A stretch of DNA of 57,674 nt, from the NCBI GenBank assembly GCA_038831915.1, contig JAWBKB010000009.1:1-57674 (forward strand), read 5' to 3'. Positions 49,508 to 57,674 of the stretch are shown here, one piece after another. The notes below the pieces were generated by a model. It searched no databases and was not told the DNA's origin. It saw only the letters and a program-made list of their open reading frames with translations. Positions within the stretch are counted from its first letter, which is position 1, and every line of letters starts with the position of its first letter. Source of the DNA: Candidatus Caldarchaeum sp. Lineage in GTDB: Archaea; Thermoproteota; Nitrososphaeria_A; Caldarchaeales; Caldarchaeaceae. A program made the translations under genes and the position numbers.

Positions 49508-49882
49508 ATGTCGGAGGACCTCGAGCTGAAAAGACTTCAGCTCCAACGCATGATGAAAATGGTTTCACAGCTGTCGAAGCCGGAGCCGAAACCCCAGCTA
49601 CCAGAACCCAAAGAAACACCATTGGATATTGTTCGTAGGCATCTCGACGCAAAAGGCGAAGAAATACTCCAAGCCGCTCTCGAACAATATCCCGAAGAAA
49701 CAAAGGCCATCGTTGAAAAACTCACCGAAATCATCAAAGCCGGAAAAATAACCGAAACCATCGACGCCGGAGACCTCTACACATTATTCAGAAACATCGG
49801 ACTCAGAGTCAAAATTGACACAAAAATCCTCTACGTCAAAAGAGGAGAAGCGAAAGATTTACGGGAACTGTTGAAAAAGTAG
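49508..49882 (+). CDS. PDCD5-family (dsDNA-binding) protein
   Basis: MSEDLELKRLQ..., then a helical domain ending in RVKIDTKI. Start reassigned to ATG 49508. Confidence 0.75.
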   Translation: MSEDLELKRLQLQRMMKMVSQLSKPEPKPQLPEPKETPLDIVRRHLDAKGEEILQAALEQYPEETKAIVEKLTEIIKAGKITETIDAGDLYTLFRNIGLRVKIDTKILYVKRGEAKDLRELLKK

Positions 49883-49885
49883 CTC

Positions 49886-50476
49886 TTACCATTCTCCTTT
49901 GTTAGCATATGGAATGCTCCACAACGCCACCGACAAAGTCACCGCTTTAAACCACGCGTTATACATCTTCTCAACATCTTCGGCTGAATGACCTTTTTTG
50001 GCGAGGAACGGTTTGATGGTCGAAGTTATCGGGACAATGAACGCAATCAGGTATCGAAGGGGAATATGTTCGACTGATTCAACCTTATCGGTTTTGTTTT
50101 TCTTCTGCCTGTGATGGCGACGGCCAATTTCCAGCTGGTAGTTGAGCCAGTCGCGGTCATATTCTCTGAAACACGTGTCGAGAATCCATTTGCCAAACCT
50201 TTTTCGCACAGCTTCCAAATATTCGCTTATCGGCTGACTTGTTTCTCTGTGCCCAAAGTAGTAGACCAGATGAGGATGTGAACCCACCCATCCATACCAC
50301 AGGTCGAGAACGTCGTCAACTTGGTCTTTCAAAACATCGCCCGCCATCCTCAAGTAATTGATGTCTTCGTCGGTGAAAAGCACGGTTTTTTTGAGAAGTT
50401 TGAATTCATCATCAGACACCGGGGCCTCTGGCAAATCTTTGCTCCCGTACATGTATCCGGGAATTTCGCCGCTCAT
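49886..50476 (-). CDS. Protoglobin
   Basis: IPGY.YG, PVS..EF.LLK.TV.F, WYGWV, EIGRRHHR.KKNKTD and AWFKAV motifs. Confidence 0.93.
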   Translation of the reverse strand: MSGEIPGYMYGSKDLPEAPVSDDEFKLLKKTVLFTDEDINYLRMAGDVLKDQVDDVLDLWYGWVGSHPHLVYYFGHRETSQPISEYLEAVRKRFGKWILDTCFREYDRDWLNYQLEIGRRHHRQKKNKTDKVESVEHIPLRYLIAFIVPITSTIKPFLAKKGHSAEDVEKMYNAWFKAVTLSVALWSIPYANKGEW

Positions 50477-50515
50477 GAACTCGAACTTTGATTTGTTTTA
50501 TTTTAGAAAGTTGTT

Positions 50516-50544
50516 GCAAAAAGGTTAGGCGGTTACCTTTTTGC
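50516..50544. promoter_or_regulatory. Perfect 10-bp inverted repeat GCAAAAAGGT-N9-ACCTTTTTGC between protoglobin and HxlR genes
   Basis: Read directly in the divergent intergenic region; operator role is inferred. Confidence 0.65.
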
Positions 50545-50582
50545 CAGCTCGTTGAAGGCTTAAATCTTTTCACGACCTCTTT

Positions 50583-51194
50583 GTGAAAATGCAAACCTCA
50601 CTCAACGATGTTTTTTCGTCGAAAATACTTAGGTGCAAGTGGAGCCTGCCGATATTGGTGGTGCTCTATGAGGGACCACACAGGTTTTCTGACCTCTGCA
50701 AAAAGATATCTTTGGACGCCAAAAGTCTTTCGAGAAAGCTTGACATCCTCGCTTCCCATGGATATGTCGAACACGTCGGGCAGGTCTATTCTTTGAACAA
50801 GCGCGGTGAAATCCTCGTCGATGCTGCGAAGCTTCTGACGAACCATATCCCGGTGACGGTTGTTGCGGAGGTGTTGAAATGTAAATGGACAAAACAAATT
50901 CTAGTTGGTCTGCTCGATTCTCCAAAATTCAGCTCCGAAGTTGTTTCGGCTATACGCGGTCTGAGCTGGAAAGTTGCATCTAATCGGTTTAAGAAACTCG
51001 TCAATTCGGGATTGGTTCGGGCCTGTTACGACCTTGGTGCCAGACCTATCCGTGTCCGGTACGAGTTAACATCGAAAGGCAAACTTTTCGCCGCTTGGCT
51101 TGCCACGCATTATCCAATCCTTGAAGAAGATTTGAACCGAACTTCGGCACAAAGCTATTATACTGTTGGCGCTATGAAAACGACTGGAGAATAA
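50583..51194 (+). CDS. Tandem-duplicated HxlR-type wHTH regulator
   Basis: Two repeats: ILRCKWSLPIL...RFSDL and VLKCKWTKQIL...VRYELTSKG. Confidence 0.85.
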   Translation: MKMQTSLNDVFSSKILRCKWSLPILVVLYEGPHRFSDLCKKISLDAKSLSRKLDILASHGYVEHVGQVYSLNKRGEILVDAAKLLTNHIPVTVVAEVLKCKWTKQILVGLLDSPKFSSEVVSAIRGLSWKVASNRFKKLVNSGLVRACYDLGARPIRVRYELTSKGKLFAAWLATHYPILEEDLNRTSAQSYYTVGAMKTTGE

Positions 51195-51195
51195 T

Positions 51196-51753
51196 TTGTC
51201 ATGGGTTCAAGACACCGTCAGCTTCCGCGGCGTAATCCGAAGAAGTGGAAACAGCCTCATCGCGACAATTCCACCCGAGCTATCACAGCGATTTCTCATA
51301 CCCGAAGGACAGGAATACACCATCGTGGGTATGACACGGGCCAACCCGGACTTCGAAGGAGCGCTTCAAATTTATCTTGGGGTTTTTCGTTGTTTTGGAA
51401 AAAGCACCACGACTAGACATCGTGGTCGAAGGACTCAACATACAACAAATTGAAGAACTGCTGAGAAAGCATAGAGCTTCACGCGTTGTACCCAAGAAAG
51501 TCGAAAACAAAGTGATACATTGCTCTGCTTTCTTCTCGGCGATTGAAAAGGGCCGTGTCAGGCTCCCAAAAACGGTTGAACAAGCCAACGAAATTTTGCC
51601 TACGTTAAAGCAGGAAGTCGAGGCGTTGGGCGGAATGCTGCGTTCCGCCGAAGTTACGGAAGTAGTTTTGAAAACAGGCAAACCGACCCAACTGTTTTGA
51701 CGAAGGCGCCTTCCAAGCTCGAACGGTCTGTTACCTGGAAATGGGAAATTTAA
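51196..51753 (+). pseudogene. AbrB-like N-terminal domain protein, frameshifted
   Basis: VIRRSGNSLIATIP (AbrB). A +1 shift at the GGGG/TTTTT run (about 51379) leads into GFFVVLEKAP. A probable second shift leads into ...SVTWKWEI* (TAA 51751-51753). Confidence 0.6.
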
Positions 51754-52925
51754 GAACTGGCTGATTTTCGCAGTTTCTCGAAAGCTTCGACGACATCCAT
51801 CAAATCTTCTTTCTCAGCCAGTAAAACGTATTGTGGAATCCAGACCGCTTCACTCCAGCTCGCGTTTTCAGCTATCGGTATCGGAAATGGTGTTTTGGAT
51901 TTTTCGGCGATGAAAGAATAGCTGCTGAGCGGCCGGTAACCTGCGTTGCATGGAATTCCTTCCGCGTTCAACGCCTTGACAAAATCGTCTTTGCTTTTGA
52001 AGCCGAATCTGCGATAATCGACGCGGACGATGAAAAGATGATGGCTGTGAGCCGTTACGTTTTTTGGTTTTTCCAGTGGTTTGACCCCGTCGATTTCCGA
52101 AAGCTTTTGACGTAGGAAAACGGCTGCGGCTTCTCGTTTGCTGTTCATCTGCGGTAGTCGTCGGAGTTGGGCTCGCAAAACGGCGGCCTGAAAAACTGTC
52201 ATGCGGAAGTTCCAGCCATACCTCACGTGTTCATACCATCCTTTTTTGACGTCTCTGCCCACGTTGACGAGGCTTCGAGCCAAAGCGGCGAGCCCCTCAT
52301 CATTTGTCGTAATTATGCCGCCCTCTCCGCTGGCCATGTTTTTGCTTTGATAAAAGCTGAACCCTGCCATGTCACCTATCGAGCCTACTCGACGGCCTTT
52401 CCATTCAGCGCCATGCGCCTGAGCAGCGTCCTCCAAAACATGTAACCCATGTTTCTCAGCAACTTCTTTCACCGCGTCCATGTCTGCTGGACAGCCAGCT
52501 AAATGCACTGGGATGATGCATCGGGTCTTCTCTGTAACAGCTTTTGCCGCCATTTCGGGCGAGATGTTATAGGTTTCGGGGTCAATATCGACTATGACAG
52601 GTGTCGCGCCTGCATCGATCACCGCGGTCGCAGTTGCGAGAAAAGTATACGCGGGAACAATCACTTCACAACCATTTCCAACACCTAAAGCCTTAAGCGA
52701 CACAAACAAAGCAACCGAGCCGCTTGTGCAAGACACCCCGTATTTGGCCTGATGAAACGCCGCGAACTCTTCTTCAAACAGCTTGATTTTTGGAGCGCCG
52801 GCCGACCAAGGCCCTTCTCTGAGAGCTTCGAGAACCTCTTTCACCTCTTCTTCGTCGAAAAAAGGCCATCGTGGAAAAGGCTTCCGCCTCACCGGTTCCC
52901 CGCCATGTAAAGCGAGCAACGGCAC
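51750..52925 (-). CDS. DegT/DnrJ/EryC1/StrS aminotransferase
   Basis: EDAAQAHG, SFYQSKNMASGEGG (PLP Lys) and GWNFRM motifs. Confidence 0.92.
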   Translation of the reverse strand: MPLLALHGGEPVRRKPFPRWPFFDEEEVKEVLEALREGPWSAGAPKIKLFEEEFAAFHQAKYGVSCTSGSVALFVSLKALGVGNGCEVIVPAYTFLATATAVIDAGATPVIVDIDPETYNISPEMAAKAVTEKTRCIIPVHLAGCPADMDAVKEVAEKHGLHVLEDAAQAHGAEWKGRRVGSIGDMAGFSFYQSKNMASGEGGIITTNDEGLAALARSLVNVGRDVKKGWYEHVRYGWNFRMTVFQAAVLRAQLRRLPQMNSKREAAAVFLRQKLSEIDGVKPLEKPKNVTAHSHHLFIVRVDYRRFGFKSKDDFVKALNAEGIPCNAGYRPLSSYSFIAEKSKTPFPIPIAENASWSEAVWIPQYVLLAEKEDLMDVVEAFEKLRKSASS

Positions 52926-53016
52926 GGAAATGTTTTAGACACGGCCTATATATGTTGATGCCTCGGTTTCGGAGGCGAAATCAGTTTAAAAGCAAGTTTT
53001 AGGTCTGAGATATGGT

Positions 53017-53409
53017 TTGAGCAAGCCAGTTGAACTTGGTTCTTTGAAGGAAGGACACAACATCGTCATCGACGGCGAGCCTTGCAGAATCGTGGAAGTT
53101 GAAAAAAGCAAGCCGGGCAAACATGGTTCGGCGAAGGTTAGGCTGGTTGCCATAGGAATTTTTGATGAAGTAAAGCGGAGCATGGTCGGGCCTGCTGACA
53201 ACAAAGTCGAAGTACCCATCGTGGATAAACGGAGCGGACAGGTTGTTGCAGTTTCGGGCGACTCGGTGTCCGTGATGGACAACGAAACTCTGCAAATTGT
53301 GGAAGTTCCGCTGCCCAAAGACGAAAACCTTAGAGCAAAGATAGAGCCCGGAGTATCCGTTGAATACTGGAACATCATGAACCGTTATCTTCTGGTAAGC
53401 GTGAAGTAA
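53017..53409 (+). CDS. eif5a: Translation factor aIF-5A
   Basis: KSKPGKHGSAK hypusination motif. Confidence 0.96.
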   Translation: MSKPVELGSLKEGHNIVIDGEPCRIVEVEKSKPGKHGSAKVRLVAIGIFDEVKRSMVGPADNKVEVPIVDKRSGQVVAVSGDSVSVMDNETLQIVEVPLPKDENLRAKIEPGVSVEYWNIMNRYLLVSVK

Positions 53410-54976
53410 ATCCTCCGTCAACCACCAACAATTTATATGAATAACCGTCGACTATCGCTTTCAAACTTGCTTCGACGATGTTTTTCGACACGCCTGTCGT
53501 GGCCCATCTATTGCCGTTGTCGCTGAATTCTACAAAAACCCTTACAGCCGCTGCGGTGGCTTCCCTTGTATCGATCACCGAAACTTTGTAGTTAACAAGC
53601 TGTGTAGATTCGAGTTTTGGATATCTTTTAAGCACCGCGGCCCTTATCGCGGCGTCCAGAGCGTGGACAGGCCCGACCCCTTCCGCCATCTCAGTCACAG
53701 CTTCGCCATCTATGTCCATGGAAACAACCGCTCGAGCGGAAATTCTCCCGGCTTCGAGAACTTCAACCCACCATGTTCTGACTTTCAGCCTTTCAACGTT
53801 GTAACCGACGGCCTCGAGAATCAAAAGCGAAACAGTGGCGTCGGCCGGTTCGAAATGATATCCAGCGGCCTCAAGTCGCTTGATTTTGTCAAGGACAGAA
53901 CTCACTTGGTCCTTCGTCAGCGAAAGTCCAAGCTTCGCGGCTTGGTTTACGAGGACAGCTCTTCCAGCTAGCTCCGACACGGATAGAGTCCGTTCCATTC
54001 CGAGAAGCGAGGGGTCGACATGCTCGTATGTTCGTGGGTTTTTGAGCATAGCGTCTATGTGAACACCGCCTTTGTGAGCAAAGGCGTTGATTCCAAAGAA
54101 CGGATAATTTGGTGGAATGTTAAAACCTGAAATTTCCGCAATATAATATGCTACATCCTTAAGTTTTCTCAACCCTTCCGCGGATTTTAGAGCGCGATAG
54201 TTCATCTTGAGCACAAGGTTCGGAATTATCTGGGTAAGGTCAGCGTTGCCACATCTTTCACCCAACCCAATCATGGTCCCTTGTACATGCCGCACTCCTT
54301 CTGTGACTGCGACGAGGCTGTTTGCAACCGCGACACCGCAGTCGTTGTGAGCATGAATGCCCAAGGTAACGTCAATTTCCCTGCGGACACGGCGAACGAT
54401 TTCGCCTACTCGGAAAGGAAGAGTTCCACCGTTGGTGTCGCAGAGAACAATTGTTCTGGCTCCACCCTGTTTGGCCTGTTTCAGAACATCCATCGCGTAG
54501 CTGGGAGAATCACGGTAGCCATCGAAGAAATGTTCGGCGTCGAAAATAACATCGAGTCCATGCTTCCTCAGGTAATCTACCGTGTCAAACACCATGCGAA
54601 GATTTTCTTCAGGAGTGGTCCGCAACACTTCGAGAACGTGCAAAATCCATGATTTTCCGAAAATAATTGCCACCGGTACGTCAGCTTTGATTATTGCGTT
54701 AAGCGATGGGTCGTTCTCTGGCTTAACATCAGGCCTGCGCGTGCTTCCGAAAGCACCTAAGCGACTTCGAGTTAGTGAAAGTTTTTTCGCCTCTTTGAAA
54801 AATTCCTCATCTTTCGGATTTGAACCAGGCCAGCCTCCTTCGATGATGTCAACACCGGTCTCATCAAGCTTTTCCGCAACTCGAAGCTTGTCATGAAGCG
54901 TAAAAGTAACTCCCCTAGTTTGAGCCCCGTCACGGAGGGTCGTGTCCAAAACCTCGACATACTCAGTTTTTTCCAT
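53375..54976 (-). CDS. cimA: Citramalate synthase
   Basis: LDTTLRDGAQ, IEGGWPGSNPKD, DAEHFFDG, HAHND, GERCGNA and regulatory GPVHALD motifs. Confidence 0.9.
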   Translation of the reverse strand: MEKTEYVEVLDTTLRDGAQTRGVTFTLHDKLRVAEKLDETGVDIIEGGWPGSNPKDEEFFKEAKKLSLTRSRLGAFGSTRRPDVKPENDPSLNAIIKADVPVAIIFGKSWILHVLEVLRTTPEENLRMVFDTVDYLRKHGLDVIFDAEHFFDGYRDSPSYAMDVLKQAKQGGARTIVLCDTNGGTLPFRVGEIVRRVRREIDVTLGIHAHNDCGVAVANSLVAVTEGVRHVQGTMIGLGERCGNADLTQIIPNLVLKMNYRALKSAEGLRKLKDVAYYIAEISGFNIPPNYPFFGINAFAHKGGVHIDAMLKNPRTYEHVDPSLLGMERTLSVSELAGRAVLVNQAAKLGLSLTKDQVSSVLDKIKRLEAAGYHFEPADATVSLLILEAVGYNVERLKVRTWWVEVLEAGRISARAVVSMDIDGEAVTEMAEGVGPVHALDAAIRAAVLKRYPKLESTQLVNYKVSVIDTREATAAAVRVFVEFSDNGNRWATTGVSKNIVEASLKAIVDGYSYKLLVVDGGFTSRLPEDNGS

Positions 54977-55186
54977 TCGTCCGCATAATTAGATGGCTAA
55001 TTAATATTGATTTTGCGAAGAACTACTGCGACTGCTCAAAACACGAACGGCTAAATTGTTAGGGATTGCTTTTGTGGACAGCCACCGAAAACCGGCGCCT
55101 GCTATATAGCATATTATCGAGTCTATAGCCGTGAATCACTGTTTTCAAATAATGCTTTTAACTGTGAAGCCAGGTGGCAACCTCGC

Positions 55187-56247
55187 TTGCCACACATCGT
55201 GTTGTATGGAGTCTCCAAGCGGTATTCCAAAACCATTGCTTTGCAAGAGGTGTCACTCTCGATTGAAAGGAGCGAAATTTTCTCCATCCAAGGTCCGAGC
55301 GGATGCGGGAAAACAACTACCCTGAGGGTCATCGCGGGCCTCGTCGCACCTGATTCCGGTAAAGTTTACATCGACGACAGGGATGTAACAGAGGTTCCGC
55401 CGGAAAAACGTAAGCTCGGCATGGTTTTTCAGGACTATGCTTTATGGCCACGCATGACCGTCTTCGACAACATCGCGTTTAGGCTCAAAATCAGAAAAAC
55501 CACTCGCGAAGAGATGACCGCTCGGGTTAAAGAGGTTCTTGAACCAGTCGATCTCGAGAGCTTCGAATACCGGTATCCCACCCAGCTTTCGGGCGGCCAA
55601 CAATAGCGTGTTGCCTTGGCGAGAGCGCTTGCACTTAACCCGCAGGCAATCCTCTTCGATGAACCATTGAGCAACCGCGACGCCAAGCTTCGTGAAGAAC
55701 TTCGGTACGAGCTGAAAACTTTACTGAAGAAATTGAGAATAACAGCGGTGTACGTTACGCATGACCAATTGGAAGCATTCGCGATTTCGGACGGAACCGC
55801 GATAATGAGGCAGGGGCGAATAAGCCAAGTGGGTTCCCCTGAGAAAATTTACAGAGAGCCGGTCGATAGCTTTGTCGCAACATTCATCGGTGAAGGAAGC
55901 TTGGTTTAAGCAAAGGTTGTGGAGTCTGACATGGATTCGGTGTTGGTAAAGATTGGAAACGGTCATCAAATCATCGCGAGAAAGTCTAATGAGGTCAGCT
56001 TCAAACCGGGTCAAAATGTTTAAGTCGTGATCAGGCCGGACGCAATAAGGGTCGCTGCAGAGCGAAACACGTCGGCTGTGGTATGGACGGTCTTGAAGGA
56101 ACCTTCCTAGGCGACCGTGTCGAATACACGCTCGCATATGACCAGTATAGATTGAAGTACAGAGAGCCACCAGATTTTAGACGGAACTTGGACTCCAAAA
56201 TCATGATCGAGTTCATCCCAGACAAAGTGATTGTTGTTCCGAGATGA
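55187..56247 (+). pseudogene. ABC importer ATP-binding subunit (PotA/FbpC-like with TOBE domain), inactivated
   Basis: GPSGCGKTT and LSGGQQ*RVALARAL (TAG 55604-55606). Further TAA stops at 55907 and about 56021, then a frameshift before GTFLGDRVEY. Confidence 0.85.
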
Positions 56248-56267
56248 TCAGTCTATTGGTTGGATAA

Positions 56268-57272
56268 TTGATTCGATATCTCACCATAGGAATTATGCTG
56301 GAATATATCTGGCCCGAATCAGATTTTTATCGCACGCGGTTCCACACCCCTCGCGGCAGACATAAAGCGAAACAATTTTTGCCGTATGAAATCGTGGCTG
56401 CCGTAATAGTGGCAGCTGTTGTCTCTGTCCTTGTTCTCGTCTGTAGCCCCGCAGTCCTCTCCGGTGATCGGAAAACAAAACTCGTCTACGCGACGGCTGG
56501 CGACGCCAACATGCCGGCCTTAATGCAAAACGTTATTGGCCCGATGTTCGAGCAGAAACATCCCGACATAGAACTGGTGACAATACACACCGGTCCGGGT
56601 GATGCCGGGAGCAGAACGATCTTTGAAAAGATCAAAGCAGCCAGGGCCGCTAACAAAGCGTGCTGGGACATAGACGTGGCCGTCGTACACCAGGTTTTCA
56701 TGTCGTGGGCCATCCTTGAAGGACTTTTGACGAAATATGCCGACCAAGCTGCAACATGGAAATACATGACCTCCGAGCATGCGAAAGTCGCCCTGGGTAC
56801 GAACATTGAAGGCTATGGTATACCGCTCTTCCACAGCCAAGTCGCCATCGCGTACAACACTAAATACCTAAAAGCTTCTCCGAAAAGCTACGTTGAGTTT
56901 GTCAAATGGGTCGAGCAAAACCCGTCGAAGTTCGGGTACAACGGAATTAAAGGAGGAATGTCAGGAGTCAGCTTCGTCATTGGCTGGGGTCTACTGGAAA
57001 ACCAGCTGAGGTGGTTCAAAGTCAAAAAAGGCGTTAAGGAGCTGGGCAGGTTGATGACGTCGGGCGGAGAAAAGATAATGGTCAACGGACACATAGCCAC
57101 GGTTGTTCACCGCGAGGTCAAAAGAGGGTTCCGCCGAACACCGATGAAACAAATAGCAATCACCGTTCCCTGCGACAGAACACTTCGGACTATCGAGATG
57201 ACCGTCACGGGTAAAAATTCGGACGAGCTCGACCAGATTAAACAGAGCTTAACAAATTCCCGATGCCACTAG
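56268..57272 (+). pseudogene. ABC substrate-binding protein fragment joined to an unrelated C-terminal fragment
   Basis: TM segment plus ATAGDANM, TGPGDAGS, PLFHSQVAIAYN and FGYNGIKGGMSGVSF. Similarity breaks at about 56985 (GWVYWK lies in another frame), and the tail looks unrelated. Confidence 0.6.
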
Positions 57273-57338
57273 GGCCTTTCGCCTGCTTTCGCTGGACCAC
57301 ATAGCATCCAACCCATCGGAATCGTAGACGAACATCGA

Positions 57339-57413
57339 CGGGCCCGGTGGGACTTGAACCCACGACCTCCGGCTCCGAAGGCCGCCGCGCTATCCATTCT
57401 GCGCCACGGGCCC
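57339..57413 (-). tRNA. tRNA-Arg(UCG), no intron, CCA not encoded
   Basis: Reverse complement GGGCCCG TG GCGC AGAATGGATA GCGC G GCGGC CTTCGGA GCCGG AGGTC GTGGG TTCAAGT CCCAC CGGGCCC G folds as a cloverleaf with anticodon TCG. Confidence 0.96.
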
Positions 57414-57674
57414 ATCAATGATTTGGGCGAGACAAATAAATACGTTGAGAAAATTCGTGTGTGTGGAATAGCGAATCCCTATCTGGGAAGGGATGCACAG
57501 CGATATGTGCTAAACAAAGGACTATGAACTCGAGTTACTTTAGCTCGAACATGCATGGTGCCTAGTTACTGGCGGTCCCAAACGCCGTGTACACGCTGGC
57601 CACTTGCTTATCGAAACAAAAAGTGGTGATTAGAGAGCGATCAGTCCGTAGATGAACAGCGGTATGAACACGAG

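Noticed and set aside
300-55606. Three in-frame TAG codons (epimerase, DUF411, ABC ATPase) suggesting amber recoding or pyrrolysine
   Set aside because: Many intact genes here end at TAG (e.g. 26464, 33386, 34413, 45973, 49882). The ABC gene also has TAA stops, and no pyl genes or tRNA-Pyl are visible.
230-57100. Numerous 60-185 aa antisense or alternate-frame ORFs in the track
   Set aside because: They overlap well-supported genes and lack motifs, so they are treated as shadow ORFs.
57339-57413. Integrated element bounded by a tRNA att repeat
   Set aside because: No integrase, transposase or duplicated tRNA segment was found by eye in the window.

Overview
This 57.7 kb window is archaeal chromosomal DNA. 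Evidence: an ATP-dependent DNA ligase, MptA/MptE, aIF5A, PDCD5, A-type ATPase subunit K, TATA-type promoters and an intron-less tRNA-Arg(UCG). The gene set and style suggest a thermophilic Thaumarchaeota/Aigarchaeota-type (Caldiarchaeum-like) organism; this is inference, not searched. Layout: (1) 1-11 kb is a decaying cell-surface glycosylation/defence island with GT2/GT4 genes, an epimerase, UDP-Glc DH, GalU, HEPN-MNT, coiled-coil PD-(D/E)XK-type proteins and a broken csx1 plus Csx14/Crn1-like CARF pair without CRISPR array or Cas10. (2) 11-16 kb is housekeeping. (3) 16-32 kb is a copper/nitrogen-oxide region with DUF411, Met-rich membrane proteins, a NosL-thioredoxin fusion, a cupredoxin, a two-domain multicopper oxidase with T1 motifs in both domains, an ABC exporter, SCO, a NirK-like protein with extra cupredoxin and membrane anchor, and two Bat-type regulators; an ADH+ECF operon interrupts it. 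(4) 32-34.4 kb is a cysM-JAMM-ubiquitin-like locus in which the Ubl's GG motif is blocked by a fused MraZ/AbrB-like DNA-binding domain and a perfect inverted repeat overlaps its TATA box; this is the best candidate for an unusual system. (5) 34-55 kb is metabolism: heme O synthase, an amidohydrolase with two Mo-hydroxylase large subunits, IDH-like, sdhACDB, CoaD, TldD, protoglobin with a tandem HxlR regulator, DegT, aIF5A and CimA. (6) 55-57.4 kb holds a decayed ABC importer and tRNA-Arg. All family calls come from motif recognition by eye.
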